The position numbers and the translations under genes are program-made. From Anaeramoeba ignava BMAN (taxonomy: Eukaryota; Protista; Anaeramoebae), in NCBI GenBank assembly GCA_028826165.1, contig JAPDFW010000013.1:19107-83106 (forward strand): 64,000 nucleotides of DNA, in the 5' to 3' direction. This document shows, in pieces, positions 1 through 13,320 of the stretch. The notes under the pieces were generated by a model. It saw only the letters and a program-made list of their open reading frames with translations. It did not search any database and was not told where the DNA came from. Every line of letters begins with the position of its first letter. The first letter of the stretch is position 1.

Positions 1-2685
1 TAAAGCAATATGTAAAGGTATTTCATTCTTTTTATTTTTTGAATTAATATCAGATTCTTTGGAAATTAATAATTCAATAATTTCTTTTGGATTTTTCTTT
101 TTCAAAGCAATATGTAAAGGTATTTCATTTTGATTATTTTTTGAATTAATATCAGAACCTTTGGAAATTAATAATTTAATAATTTCTTTTGGATAATTTC
201 TTTCTAAAGCAATATGTAAAGGCGTTTCTTTCCGATTACTTTTTGAATTAATATCAGAACCTTTGGAAATTAATAATTTAATAATTTCATTTGGATAATT
301 TCTTTCTAAAGCAATATGTAAAGGTATTTCATCCCAATCATTTTTTGAATTAATATCAGAACCTTTGGAAATCAATAACTCAACAATTTCTTTTGGATAT
401 TTATTTTGCAAAGCAATATGTAAAGGTATTTCATTTTGATTATTTTTTGAATTAATATCAGATTCTTTGGAAATTAATAATTCAATAATTTCATTTGGAT
501 ATTGATTTTTCAAAGCAATATGTAAAGGTACTTCATTTTCATTATTTTTTGAATTAATATTAGAACCTTTGGAAATTAATAATTCAATAATTTCATTTGG
601 ATATTTATTTCTCAAAGCAATATGTAAAGGTATTTCATTCAATTCATTTTTTGAATTAATATCAAATTCTTTGGAAATTAATAATTCAATAATTTCATTT
701 GGATTTTGATTTCTTTCTAAAGCAATATGTAAAGGTATTTCATTTTCATTATTTTTTGAATTAATATCAGAACCTTTGGGAATTAATAATTCAATAATTT
801 CATTTGGATATTTATTTTTCAAAGCAATATGTAAAGGTTTTTCATTTTCATTATTTTTTGAATTAATATCAGAACCTTTGGAAATTAATAATTCAATAAT
901 TTCATTTGGATATTTATTTCTCAAAGCAATATGTAAAGGTATTTCATTTTGATCATTTTTTGAATTAATATTAGAACCTTTGGGAATTAATAATTCAATA
1001 ATTTGATTTGGATAATTTCTTTCCAAATCAATATATAAAGGTATTTCATTTTGATTATTTTTTGAATTAATATCAGAATATTTGGAAATTAATAATTCAA
1101 TAATTTCTTTTAGATTTTGATTTCTCAAAGCAATATGTAAAGGTATTTCATTTTGATTATTTTTTGAATTAATATCAGAATCTTTGAAAATTAATAATTC
1201 AATAATTTCTTTTGGATATTTATTTTTCAAAGCAATATGTAAAGGTATTTCATTCCATTTGTTTTTTGAATTAATATTAGAACCTTTGGAAATTAATAAT
1301 TCAATAATTTCATTTGGATATTTATTTCTCAAAGCAATATGTAAAGGTATTTCATTTTCATAATTTTTTAAATTAATATAAAAACCTTTGGAAATTAATA
1401 ATTCAATAATTTCTTTTTTTGATTTTTCTAAAGCAATATGTAAAGGTATTTCATTTTCATTATTTTTTGAATTAATATCAGATTCTTTGGAAATTAATAA
1501 TTCATTAATTTCATTTGGATAATGATCCTCCAAATCAATATATAAAGGTATTTCTTCATTCCAATCATTTATTGAATTAATATCAGAACCTTTGGAAATT
1601 AATAATTCAATAATTTCTTTTGGATATTTATTTCTCAAAGCAATATGTAAAGGTGTTTCATTCCATTCATTTAGTGAATTAATATCAGAATCTTTGGAAA
1701 TTAATAATTTAATAATTTCTTTTGAATATTTATTTTTCAAAGCAATATGTAAAGGTATTTCATTCCAACTATTTTTTGAATTAATATCAGAACCTTTGGA
1801 AATTAATAATTTAATAATTTCATTTGGATATTTATTTTTCAAAGCAATATGTAAAGGTTTTTCATTTTCATAATTTTTTAAATTGAGATAAGAACCTTTG
1901 GAAATTAATAATTCAATAATTTCTTTTGCATATTGATTTTTCAAAGCAATATGTAAAGGTATTTCATTCCGATTATTTTTTAAATTAAGATAAGAACCTT
2001 TGGAAATTAATAATTCAATAATTTCTTTTGCATATTGATTTTTCAAAGCAATATGTAAAGGTATTTCATTTTCATTATTTTTTGAATTAATATTAGAACC
2101 TTTGGAAATTAATAATTCAATAATTTCTTTTGAATATTTATTTTTCAAAGCAATATGTAAAGGTATTTCATTCCGATTATTTTTTGTATTAATATTAGAA
2201 CCTTTGGAAATTAATAATTCAATAATTTCATTTGGATTTTTATTTTTCAAAGCAATATGTAAAGGTGTTTCATTCCATTCATTTTTTGAATTAATATTAG
2301 AACCTTTGGAAATTAATAATTCAATAATTTCATTTGGATTTTGATTTTTCAAAGCAATATGTAAAGGTGTTTCTTTTTGAATATTTTTTGAATTAATATC
2401 AGAACCTTTGGAAATTAATAACTTAATAATTTCTTTTGGATATTTTCGTTCTAAAGCAATATGTAAAGAATTGTTTCCATTTTGATCAACCCAATTTACA
2501 TTTGTCTCTTTATCAATAAGTTTTTGAATCATTTCAAGATTTGAATTTCGTTCAAAAGCATAATTTAAAAAAGGTTTATTTTCTTTTTCAAATTGTTCTG
2601 TTGTTTCTAACGACAAATTAAAAAAGTGGACATTTTTTGTTTTGATTGCTTGATAAACTGTTTTTAAATAATTTTCCTGTTTCAT
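1..2685 (-). CDS. Long ankyrin-repeat protein (about 24 near-identical 34-aa repeats), 3' end runs off the window
   Basis: ATG at 2685 (MKQENYLKTVYQAIK...); position 1-3 is still in the same frame. The ~102-bp repeat translates to PLHIALKNKYPNEIIELLISKGSNINSKNNxNE, the ankyrin consensus. Missing from the ORF track, consistent with no stop codon inside the window. Confidence 0.9.
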   Translation of the reverse strand, partial: MKQENYLKTVYQAIKTKNVHFFNLSLETTEQFEKENKPFLNYAFERNSNLEMIQKLIDKETNVNWVDQNGNNSLHIALERKYPKEIIKLLISKGSDINSKNIQKETPLHIALKNQNPNEIIELLISKGSNINSKNEWNETPLHIALKNKNPNEIIELLISKGSNINTKNNRNEIPLHIALKNKYSKEIIELLISKGSNINSKNNENEIPLHIALKNQYAKEIIELLISKGSYLNLKNNRNEIPLHIALKNQYAKEIIELLISKGSYLNLKNYENEKPLHIALKNKYPNEIIKLLISKGSDINSKNSWNEIPLHIALKNKYSKEIIKLLISKDSDINSLNEWNETPLHIALRNKYPKEIIELLISKGSDINSINDWNEEIPLYIDLEDHYPNEINELLISKESDINSKNNENEIPLHIALEKSKKEIIELLISKGFYINLKNYENEIPLHIALRNKYPNEIIELLISKGSNINSKNKWNEIPLHIALKNKYPKEIIELLIFKDSDINSKNNQNEIPLHIALRNQNLKEIIELLISKYSDINSKNNQNEIPLYIDLERNYPNQIIELLIPKGSNINSKNDQNEIPLHIALRNKYPNEIIELLISKGSDINSKNNENEKPLHIALKNKYPNEIIELLIPKGSDINSKNNENEIPLHIALERNQNPNEIIELLISKEFDINSKNELNEIPLHIALRNKYPNEIIELLISKGSNINSKNNENEVPLHIALKNQYPNEIIELLISKESDINSKNNQNEIPLHIALQNKYPKEIVELLISKGSDINSKNDWDEIPLHIALERNYPNEIIKLLISKGSDINSKSNRKETPLHIALERNYPKEIIKLLISKGSDINSKNNQNEIPLHIALKKKNPKEIIELLISKESDINSKNKKNEIPLHIAL

Positions 2686-2802
2686 TTTTTGGATTTTAAT
2701 AAAATAAATTTTGAAAAAAAAAATGAATTGAAAAATTTTGTTTTGTTTTTTAATTTTTTTTTTCATTTTTTCTTTCTTTAAAAAAAAAATAAATAAAAAA
2801 AA

Positions 2803-3296
2803 ATGATAACAGTTTCACAAGAAGTTTATCAAACAATTGTAACTGTTCAAGAAAAGAAGAAAGCAACAACACAAAAATTACAAAACACACTTTTATTAAT
2901 TGATATTAAACAAAATGCAGAAAAAAAATCAAAATTTGTAATTCAAAAACTAAAAGAAATTCCACCAAAAACACCCGTTTATAATTCATCTGGAAGAATG
3001 TATAATTTCAATTTAAAAAATTTTCAATTTAAAAAATTAATTTATCAAAAAAAAAAATAAAAAAAAGGTTTGTTTCAACTTCAATTGAACAAGTAATTGA
3101 TACAAAAGAAAGAAAAGTTGCAAGAATTACTGAAGAATTAAAAACTTTAAAAGTAAAAAATTAAATAAAAAATTAAAATAAAAATTAAAATAAAAAATTA
3201 AATTAAAAAATTTAGAAAAGTAAAGATTTCCTTGAAAAACAAATTTCTGATGCAGAAAAACAATTAAAAGAGATAGTGGATCAAGCAAAAAAATAA
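2803..3296 (+). CDS. PFDN1: Prefoldin subunit 1 (beta-type), 3 exons: 2803-2999, 3068-3152, 3216-3296
   Basis: GT-AG introns join to 120 aa: coiled coil, KLKEIPPKTPVYNSSGRMFV, coiled coil ending KDFLEKQISDAEKQLKEIV, matching the PFDN1 'Y.SVGRMF' signature. Confidence 0.8.
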
Positions 3297-3450
3297 TTTT
3301 TCTTCTTTTTTTTTTTTTTAAATAAAACAAATTTTTCTCCTTTTAAAAATAAAAAAATTTTTCTTTTTTAATTTTTCATTTTTTTTCATTTCTTTTTACT
3401 TTTATTTTTACTTTTACTTTTATTTTTACTTGTGTTTTTTTTTAAATTAA

Positions 3451-4710
<1,260 letters not shown>

Positions 4711-4889
4711 AAAAAAACGGAATTATTTTAAAACAAATCTTTTTTTTACTTTTTTTTTTCATTTCATTTACTTTCATTTACTTTCATTTACTTTCATTTC
4801 ATTTGATATTTCAAGTTTTTTTTTTTTTAATCAAAAACAAAATTAAAAACAAAATTATCATTTCATTTTTTTCATTTTTTTCATTTTTT

Positions 4890-6012
4890 ATGTCAGTTTC
4901 TTTTAAAATTAAAAAAAGAAAACAAAAACCAAATATTGTAATTCCAATTAATACTAATTCTTTTCAAAATAATTCAGATGAAAAACAAAATGAAAAAAAT
5001 GAAAATCAACAAAATAATAAATTAAATCAAAATACAAGAAAAACAGTAAATTCTTTTTTATTAGCAGAATCAGAAAGAAGGAAGAAATCAAAAATAGTAA
5101 GTAAATTAAATTAAAATTTTTAAATTAAATTAAAATTTTTAAATTAAATTAAATTAAATTAAATTAAATAGAATAAAAACAAAATGGAAGAATCTCAAAA
5201 ACAAAACCAAAATATATTTGAATATGATAAAATTTATGAACAAATTCAAAATCAAAAACAAAATCAAAAACCAAATCAAAATACTGATTCAATGGGAAAT
5301 AAAATAAAAGGAAAATCAAGATATATTGGAGTTATTAAGAAAAAAAGTGAAGAAAGAGAAAAATTAAATGAATTAAGAAAAGAAAGACAAGTTCAACAGA
5401 AAATTGAAGAAGAGAAAAAAATATATGGAGATACAGAAAAATTTATTACATCTTCTTATTTGAAGAAAATTGATGAACTGAATAAAATCAAAGAAGATGA
5501 AATTGAGAAAGAAAAAAGGGATAAAGAAGATTCAATTCATAAAAGAAAAAATTTTTCAACTTTTTCAATAATGGTTGGATCAACAATAATAAATAAAGGA
5601 AATGTTCAAAAGAATAATGAAATCAAACTTAAAACCTCAAAAAAAGAAAAATTCAAAAATGGAAATCAAAATCAAAATCAAAATCAAAATCAAAATCAAA
5701 ATCAAAATCAAAATCAAAATCAAAATCAAAATCAAAATCAAATTCAAAATCAAAATCAAAATCAAAATCAAATTGAAATTCCTCAAGAAGAAAAATCAAA
5801 TCAACAAATTTTAGAAGAAAAATTAAAAGAAAAAGAAAAAAGAAAAAGAAAAAGAAAAAGAAAAAGAAAAAGAAAAAGAAAAAGAAAAATGAAAATGAAA
5901 ATGAAAATGAAAATGAAAATGAAAATGAAAATGAAAAAGAAAAAGAAAGATTAAGACAAGAAAAAATAAAACAAGCAAAAGAAAGATTTTTTCAAAGAAA
6001 AAAATTAAATGA
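4890..6012 (+). CDS. NSRP1: Nuclear speckle splicing regulatory protein 1 / CCDC55 (DUF2040); intron 5097-5171; probable indel near 5840
   Basis: IFEYDKIYEQ...KSRYI...ERQVQQKIEEEKKIYGDTEKFITSSYLKK. The C-terminal ERLRQEKIKQAKERFFQRK* lies in a shifted frame after an A-rich repeat. Confidence 0.72.
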
Positions 6013-6165
6013 AAATGAAAATCAAAAATCAAAATTAATTAAAGATTTTTTTTTTATAAATAAAAATTTAAAAAATCTTTTTCATTTTTTTTCATTTTTT
6101 TTGTTTTTTGTTTTGTTTTTTGTTTTTGTTTTTATTTTTGTTTTATTTTTCTCAAATAAAAATTT

Positions 6166-8875
6166 ATGAATAGTCTTCCTTATCAAATAAATGAAGATAT
6201 TTTAATTTCTGAACAAATCGATCCTCTTTATTTACAAAAAAGTAAAAATGAAATTTTAAAAAGAATATTTGGACAAGGACAAGCAACATCATTACTAATA
6301 AAAAAACTAGTTGAAAAAGGAGTAGACATTAAAGAAAAAATCAGTGAAAGAAAAACAATTTTGCATTTGAGTTGCGAAATTCAACAAAAAGATCGATTTG
6401 TAATTGAGCAAATAATAGAATTTGGAGTGAAAGTTAATGAATATAATGAAAATGGACAAACAGCACTGCATTTGGCAGTAATAAATAAATTTCCGTTGGA
6501 AACAATTGAAATCCTTTTAAAATCAAAAGCAAATACAAATATTCAAGACAATTGGAAAAAAACACCACTTCATTATGCTTGTGAAAATAATTTGGATTTT
6601 GGAATTATTAAAGCGCTGATTCGCTATTCAGCAAAAGTAAATATTAAAGATCATGCACAGCGAACACCGCTTCATCACGCAATGATTAAAAACGCCTCAC
6701 CTGAAATTGCGAGGTTGTTGTTGAAAAAACAAAAGAATATTAATTGTGTTGACAAGCATAAAAGAACTGTTCTTCATTATGCATTGGAGGCAGGTGTTGA
6801 TGAGGAGGTTGTTAAGGCAATCTTCTCAAAAAAACCCAAAGTGAAGCTTCTTGATGAAAATCTTCGCAGCGCTCTTCATTTTGCTTGCAAATCAGGATAT
6901 TCCTGTAAAATCATTGAGGAATTACTCAAAAGAGGATCAAAAATCTCAATTGAAGATGCGTTTTCACTTACTCCTCTTCATCATCTTTGTGGAAACAAGT
7001 CAATATTCCCGCAAGCAAAACTGCTCATCAAACACGGCGCGAAGATTCATGTCAAGGATATCTACAGCAGATTTCCTGCGCATTTTGCTTGCCAAAGCGG
7101 ATGTGATGTTGAGGTGTTGAAAATCCTGATTTCGCCGCAAATGGAAATCAACTCTCGCGACCATCATGGCAAAACATTTCTGCACTATGCTTGCGAGAGG
7201 GAAGGCTCAATAGAAATTGCGAAGTTCTTAATCTCGCAGAAAATTAATGTTGGGATCCGGGACAATCTGCTCAATACAGCTCTGCATCATGCAGTGCAAA
7301 CGGGAGATTCTGAACTAGTCCAAGTTCTTCTCTCATCAGGCTTCCAAACAGAGGACAGAAACAACGAATACCGAAGTGTTCTTCATTGTGCGTGTTTACA
7401 GATCTCTGAAAAACAAGCGCAGATTTTGTCTGTTTTACTCTCTCATGGAGCAGTTGTTGATGCTTATGATAATTTCGGAAAAACCCCTTTATTTTATTTA
7501 TGTGAAAATCAAGCAAGTTTGGATTGCGTTAAAATCCTAATCGATGCCGGAGCTGATCCCAAAACAAAGGATCGCTACTCGCAAAAAACACCTCTTCATC
7601 ACGTCTCAGATCCGGATCTTGCTGAATTGCTTCTCAAAGCAGGCGCAGATCCAAATGAGTTGTCGTCAACAAAGCAATCCGCAATGCTGAGCTCGTTTAT
7701 TAATCTAATTCGACAATTGAACAAAGATTCCCAAAAAGTCGAAAAACAAGTTCTCGTTTTGATAAAAAAGTTCCTACTTTACAAAGCTGATATCAACACA
7801 AAAGATTCAAAAGGAAACAATGTTATTCTTCTTGCGTTTTCTTATCCAAATATTTTCCGCAAGATTTTCAAATATTTTATCAGAAATGGAGGCGATCCAA
7901 ATACTCAAGACGCAAACAAACACTCTCTTCTTCATCTCGCATGCATCAACCGAATTGGGCATGAAATTGTGCAGGATTTAATCAATGCAGGCGCAAATGT
8001 GAATGCGAAGGATTTCTTTGATTTGATTCCGTTATCTTATGCGCTTCAAAAACGAGATTTTTTAAGTGCAAAAAATTTATTGTTATCAAATTCTCAAGTG
8101 GATGAAATCAACACAGAGAACATTGATGAGGACATGAAAATCATGCTGCGCACATACAACACTATACAGAAAGAAATGCTTGATTTTTTCAAGCGGGGAG
8201 AGTTTACTGATTTTGTATTTAATTGCAAAGATGGAAATGTTTCAATTCACAAATTGATTGCACAATTTAGACTGACAGATCCCGAACAAAAGGAGCCTAA
8301 TATTGAGCTCATGTTGAACAATCTTTCGCCGAAGTTCCTTGATATGACATGCAAGGACGCAAGGCTGTTTTTCAAGTTCCTTTATTCAGGAATATTGCGG
8401 GATTCTGGCGAAAAAAACTCATTTTCAGAAATGCAAAGAATTTGTGATCATTTGAAACTTTCAAAGAATTGGATCGCACAGAAACTTGGCAAAAAAGGGT
8501 TGATTCAAGATCTGACAAGGATGTATTGCGATGAAGGAATCAAAAGATTTTGTGATTGTGGTTGAGCAAAAAAAGATCAAAGTGCATAAACTCATTTTGA
8601 TTACAAGGTGTGATTTATATCGAGGAATGTTTTTGAGTGTTAAAGACGATTCAAATTCTGTGTCTGATTATAGTGGCAAAAGTTTTAATACTATCAACTT
8701 GTTTATTCGCTATCTTTATATTGATGATTTTGATGAAAGTGATTTGACTTATGATGTTATTCATGAGTTGTCAGACGCTAAAGATTATTATCAATTATCT
8801 GATAATTGTTTTTTGGATTTTTTTCTTGCTTTTTCCAATGAGAAGAGATCTCGATTTGGATTGTTTTTAAAATGA
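6166..8875 (+). CDS. Ankyrin-repeat protein with tandem C-terminal BTB-like domains (one frameshift near 8537)
   Basis: Many TPLHYAC/TALHLAV repeats, then EFTDFVF..SIHKLIAQFRL and, in the next frame, SKDFVIVVEQKKIKVHKLILITRCDLYRGMF..FIRYLY. Confidence 0.85.
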
Positions 8876-9120
8876 ATTATATTTTTTTTTTTTTTTGATT
8901 AAATTTGAAATAGAATTTAAATAAAAATTTGAAATTAAAAAAAAAAAAAGTGGAACAAAATTTTGAAAATAAATTTTGGAATAGAACTTGAAATTTGAAT
9001 AAATGTCAAGTAAATTCAAAAATTTAAAATGACTAAAAAAAAAAAATGTTAAAGAGAAAAATTATTTCAAATTATTTTTTTTTTTCATTTTTTTTTTAAA
9101 TTTTTTCATTTCATTAAATT

Positions 9121-10962
9121 ATGTGGCAAGATATAAAAGCTATTCCAACAGATCTTGAAAAATTATTTTTTGCAAGTAAAGCAAGAATAATCATACCAGA
9201 AAAAATAACTGAAAATCCACTTGATGATCTTCAAAAACCACCAAAACAAAGAATATTTTTCGGACAACTTGTACATTTTTACATACATTTAAAATGTCCC
9301 CAGAACATGGCATCAAGAGAAAAAGAGAAATGGGACCAATTACTGAATATGATCACTATTAAATCCCATATCAAAGCATCTTATAGAACATCCTCGGAAA
9401 AAATAGAATCACCAAGATCACCAAGACTTAAGACTCAAAAATCATTAACGGCCAAAAAAAAATCCAATTCGAAACTAATAAAAGATTCGGAAAAGAATAA
9501 AACCGCAATGAAAATGTTCACAAAATCGCAAGACTTGTCAGGAGACATGGGCAATATAACAAAACATCGAAGACATCTCTCGGATTACCGAACAAATTCA
9601 TTTGATATTCTCAGTCCAAGCAAGTCTGAGAGGAATTTAGCCAAGCAAATAAAAACAAAATCAACTCGAGAGAAAAAATCTGCGCGCGAAGAAAACCCAG
9701 CTCATTTGCTTGGTTTTAATAGCGAAACGCAGATTGAAAAACAAAACGAAACACACACAGAATTCCAGCTTTCAAATGGAGACTTTTTGATTGCACGCTC
9801 GATTCGGGTTGTGCAAAATCTCTACGAATCTGAGCAACAGAATATCACAATAACAGCCAAAATTTATTTTTTAGAAAACAAACAAACAGAACTGTTTGGA
9901 AAATTAAGTGCCAAAGAACTGGAAAAAATGATCGGAATTTCTGAAAAAAAAGCATTTGGTCCATATGGTCCTAATCCCGAATTTGTGATCAGAAAAATCA
10001 ACAAGCATCTTAGCGTTGATTTTCCGTTTAATTTAACCTCGTCGTTTTGTTCTTTTGGAAATTCAACAATGATCATGATTGTGATCGAGAATGTCCATAA
10101 AAACTCGGCGTTGGTTCTTCACAACCCAAAATTCCATTTGAATCCGAGTTTCCAATCGCGGTCTCCATTGGAAGACATGGAAGGAAACGAGGAAAACAAG
10201 AACAAACCAATTCCACAAAAAAGAATCAATTCTTTTCTTTTTGGAGAAGCGATGCAAATCCAGGAGCTTGTGGAACTTTTTTGTGTGAATGAAATCCCGT
10301 CGAAAGACAAATCAATCAATATCAAATTTCTCAAACCCAACGAGAAAATGAGTCTTCTTTATCGCATCTCTCCAGTCTCATCCACACTTGTTGATGATAG
10401 ATATTTATATTTTCACGGAAAATTCACTTCTTTATTTACTGTTTCTTGGCAAATTACTCGCCAAAAAACCGCAATGAATATCGACCAATTCATGCAATTC
10501 CCTCAGAATATCTCAAAACACCAGATCCAATGGAAGAAGGAGCTTGTTTCCGATGTCCAGATCAAAATCAAAAATCCTCCTCTTGCAAATGCTTATTCGC
10601 TTTTTGAGGTTCAAGTCGAAATTGTTAATAATGGCAAAAATTTTCGTGAATTTCAACTTAAAATTCCTTATTCAAAATTCTCATCAAATTTCGAACAAAA
10701 AAATTTTCAACTGGCAAAAAAAAGTTCTTCTCAAAATGACAAAAAAATTTTTGATCAATTTCAGAACAATCTGAACCAACTTGAAATTGTTTGTCAAGAA
10801 AACTCCATTCATTTGATTATTCAAGCCAAAAGTTCTGTTTTTGTTAATCTTCATTTTATTGCTTTTAAAGTTGGGATTTGTGATATTTTTTTGGAATTGG
10901 TTGATTTGGGTTTATTACAACGATTAGTTGCTCAACAATCTTTTAAAATACAAATTTGTTGA
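9121..10962 (+). CDS. TRAPP-II accessory subunit-like protein (Trs65/TRAPPC14-like), tentative
   Basis: 613-aa intact ORF. N-terminal QRIFFGQLVHFYIHL resembles the TRAPPC14 'LYLGETVRFLL' motif; Ig-like C-terminus FEVQVEIVN...VNLHFIAFKVGICDIFLELVD. Confidence 0.45.
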   Translation: MWQDIKAIPTDLEKLFFASKARIIIPEKITENPLDDLQKPPKQRIFFGQLVHFYIHLKCPQNMASREKEKWDQLLNMITIKSHIKASYRTSSEKIESPRSPRLKTQKSLTAKKKSNSKLIKDSEKNKTAMKMFTKSQDLSGDMGNITKHRRHLSDYRTNSFDILSPSKSERNLAKQIKTKSTREKKSAREENPAHLLGFNSETQIEKQNETHTEFQLSNGDFLIARSIRVVQNLYESEQQNITITAKIYFLENKQTELFGKLSAKELEKMIGISEKKAFGPYGPNPEFVIRKINKHLSVDFPFNLTSSFCSFGNSTMIMIVIENVHKNSALVLHNPKFHLNPSFQSRSPLEDMEGNEENKNKPIPQKRINSFLFGEAMQIQELVELFCVNEIPSKDKSINIKFLKPNEKMSLLYRISPVSSTLVDDRYLYFHGKFTSLFTVSWQITRQKTAMNIDQFMQFPQNISKHQIQWKKELVSDVQIKIKNPPLANAYSLFEVQVEIVNNGKNFREFQLKIPYSKFSSNFEQKNFQLAKKSSSQNDKKIFDQFQNNLNQLEIVCQENSIHLIIQAKSSVFVNLHFIAFKVGICDIFLELVDLGLLQRLVAQQSFKIQIC

Positions 10963-11148
10963 TTTTTTTTCTTTTTTTTTTGAATAATTTAATTTTACAA
11001 ATAAATTTTAAAATAAACTAAAAAGTGGAATGGAAAAAAAAATATTTATTTAAAAAATTAAACATTTTTCTTTTTTCTTTTGATTTTGATTATTAAATTT
11101 TTTAATTAATAAATCAAATAAATTTGGATTTCATCAATTATTTCTTTT

Positions 11149-12946
11149 TTAAAAAATTAAACATTTTTCTTTTTTCTTTTGATTTTGATTATTAAATTTT
11201 CCAGTTAATAAATCAAATAAATTTGGATTTGTTTGATTTAATTGAAAATAATCAATTCCTGTTTTAATTTCATCAATAATTTGTTGTGTAATTTGGATTT
11301 CTTCTTTAATTTGATTTGAATAAATCCAATATTCAAATATTTGAAATGATTTATTACTTAATTCACTATAATCTGTAACTTTATTAGAAGTATCATCTTT
11401 TACAGATAAAAACATTCCTCGATATAATTCACTTCTCATTATTAATATTAATTTTGGAAATTTATATTGTTTTTCTTTTCTTTCAATTATAAAATCATTT
11501 CTCATTTTCATTTTCATTTTCATTTAAATAAATTCTTTTCATTGTTTCTTCAATTTTTTCATTTGAATTTATAATTTCTTTAATTTCAGAATATAATTTT
11601 GGATTTATAATTCTGTTTGAATAAATCATTTCAAATATTTGATTTGATTCTTTAATTGATTTATTTGAAATAATTTCTTGAAGTTTTTCAATTTCATTTT
11701 GATTTTGATTTAATCTATATTTCAATATTAATTTATGAGCTTCGATTATTTCTCCATTTTCGGTTTTAAATGAAATATTACAAAATTCTTTTCTTTCAAA
11801 TAGTTTTATCAAATCTTCTTCAAGATTGGAAAAAGAAGGAGAATAATAAAGAAATGAATTACAATCTCCACAAGAAATATGATAATTAGAAATATTTTCA
11901 TTAAATCTTAATTTAGGAAGTTCAATTTGAAATGGAATAAATTGATTATTTATATCTCCAATTCCTAATTCACCATATAAATTATCTCCAAATCCAATTA
12001 ATTTTGAATTGGAAGTTAAAATCAAACTATGAGAATCTCCACAAGAAAAATCAATAATATCATTATCATTTTCAAATAAAGATGATTTGATTTCAGTAAA
12101 TTCATAAATATTTTCATATTCGTCTTTGCCAAGTCCATTATATTGATAATCACCACATGAATAAAGTTTTCTTTTTGGATTTTGATTTTCATTTTCAATC
12201 AACATTATTGAATGAAAATTTCCACATTGAATATCAATTATTTTACCTTTTGGAATATTTTGGATTTTGGTTAAGTTTTGGATTTTTCTTTCTTTTCTTG
12301 ATTCTCCTAATCCAAGTTGAGCAGAATAATTATATCCACATCCAAATAATTCTTGATTTGAATTTAAAAGAAAAGCATAAAATGAGGTGTTTCCTGAAAA
12401 TATTTTAGAAACATTTTTCATCATTAAAATTGGTTTTTTTGTTTTTTCAAATGTTTTAGAATCAAATCCAAGTTGATCATATCGATTTGAACCAATTCCA
12501 TAAGCATTTTGATTTGAAGTTAATAAGTAAATTGAACAAGCACCAGAAACAACATCTTGAATTATTTTATCATTTGTATCTTCAATTAATGATGAAATAT
12601 TGATAAATTCTTTTGTATTTTTTGAATTAATATTTTCTCCTTTGGCAAATACATTTCCTTCTATTGTTAAAATAGCTTCATTTTGATAACCAATAGTTAC
12701 TTTTTGGATATTTTCAATTTGGATTTTTTTAGGTTTTTGACTTGAATATTCTATTGCTTTTCCATTTTTAAAAAGGAAAATTGTTGAATATCTTCCTGAT
12801 GAAATTTGTTTAATTTGTTTTTCATTTTCATTTTCATTTTCATTTTCATTTTCAAATTTAAGTTGAATTGGTTTTGTTATTTTATTTGGTTCATTTTTGA
12901 TAAGTTTTGGATATTGGTTTTCACCAAAAAATAAACAATCATTCAT
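11149..12946 (-). CDS. RCC1-repeat + tandem BTB protein, copy 1; C-terminal CaaX (KKKEKCLIF); indel near 11500
   Basis: RCC1 motifs GSNxxxQLG, IQCGxxHS, YSCG, GFGxNxxGELG; BTB-like EFCNISF..AHKLILKYR and KLILIMRSELYRGMF. Confidence 0.88.
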
Positions 12947-13320
12947 TTTTGAAAAGAAAAAAAATGAAAAAAATATTTTTGGAACTTTATTTTTGATTTT
13001 AATTTTAATTTTGATTTTGATTTTAATTTTAATTTTAATTTTTGATTTTAATTTTAATTTTAATTTGTATTTTAATTTTAGTTTTAATTTTAAATTTTAA
13101 TTTTAATTTTAATTTTAATTTTGATTTTTAATTTTAATTTTAATTTTAATTTTAATTTTAATTTTAATTTTAATTTTAATTTTAATTTTAATTTTAATTT
13201 TAATTTTAATTTTAATTTTGATTATTAAATTTGTTAATTAATAAATCCAATAAATTTGGATTTGTTTGATTTAATTGAAAATAATCAATTCCAATTTTAA
13301 TTTCATTAATTATTTCTTTT

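Noticed and set aside
1592-2344. Plus-strand ORFs MEINNSIISF...
   Set aside because: Antisense shadows of the minus-strand ankyrin gene
8873-10962. Other TGA codons as Sec, or a general UGA reassignment
   Set aside because: TGA at 8875 and 10962 falls at plausible protein ends with no Cys-aligned context and no SECIS noticed; Trp is encoded by TGG
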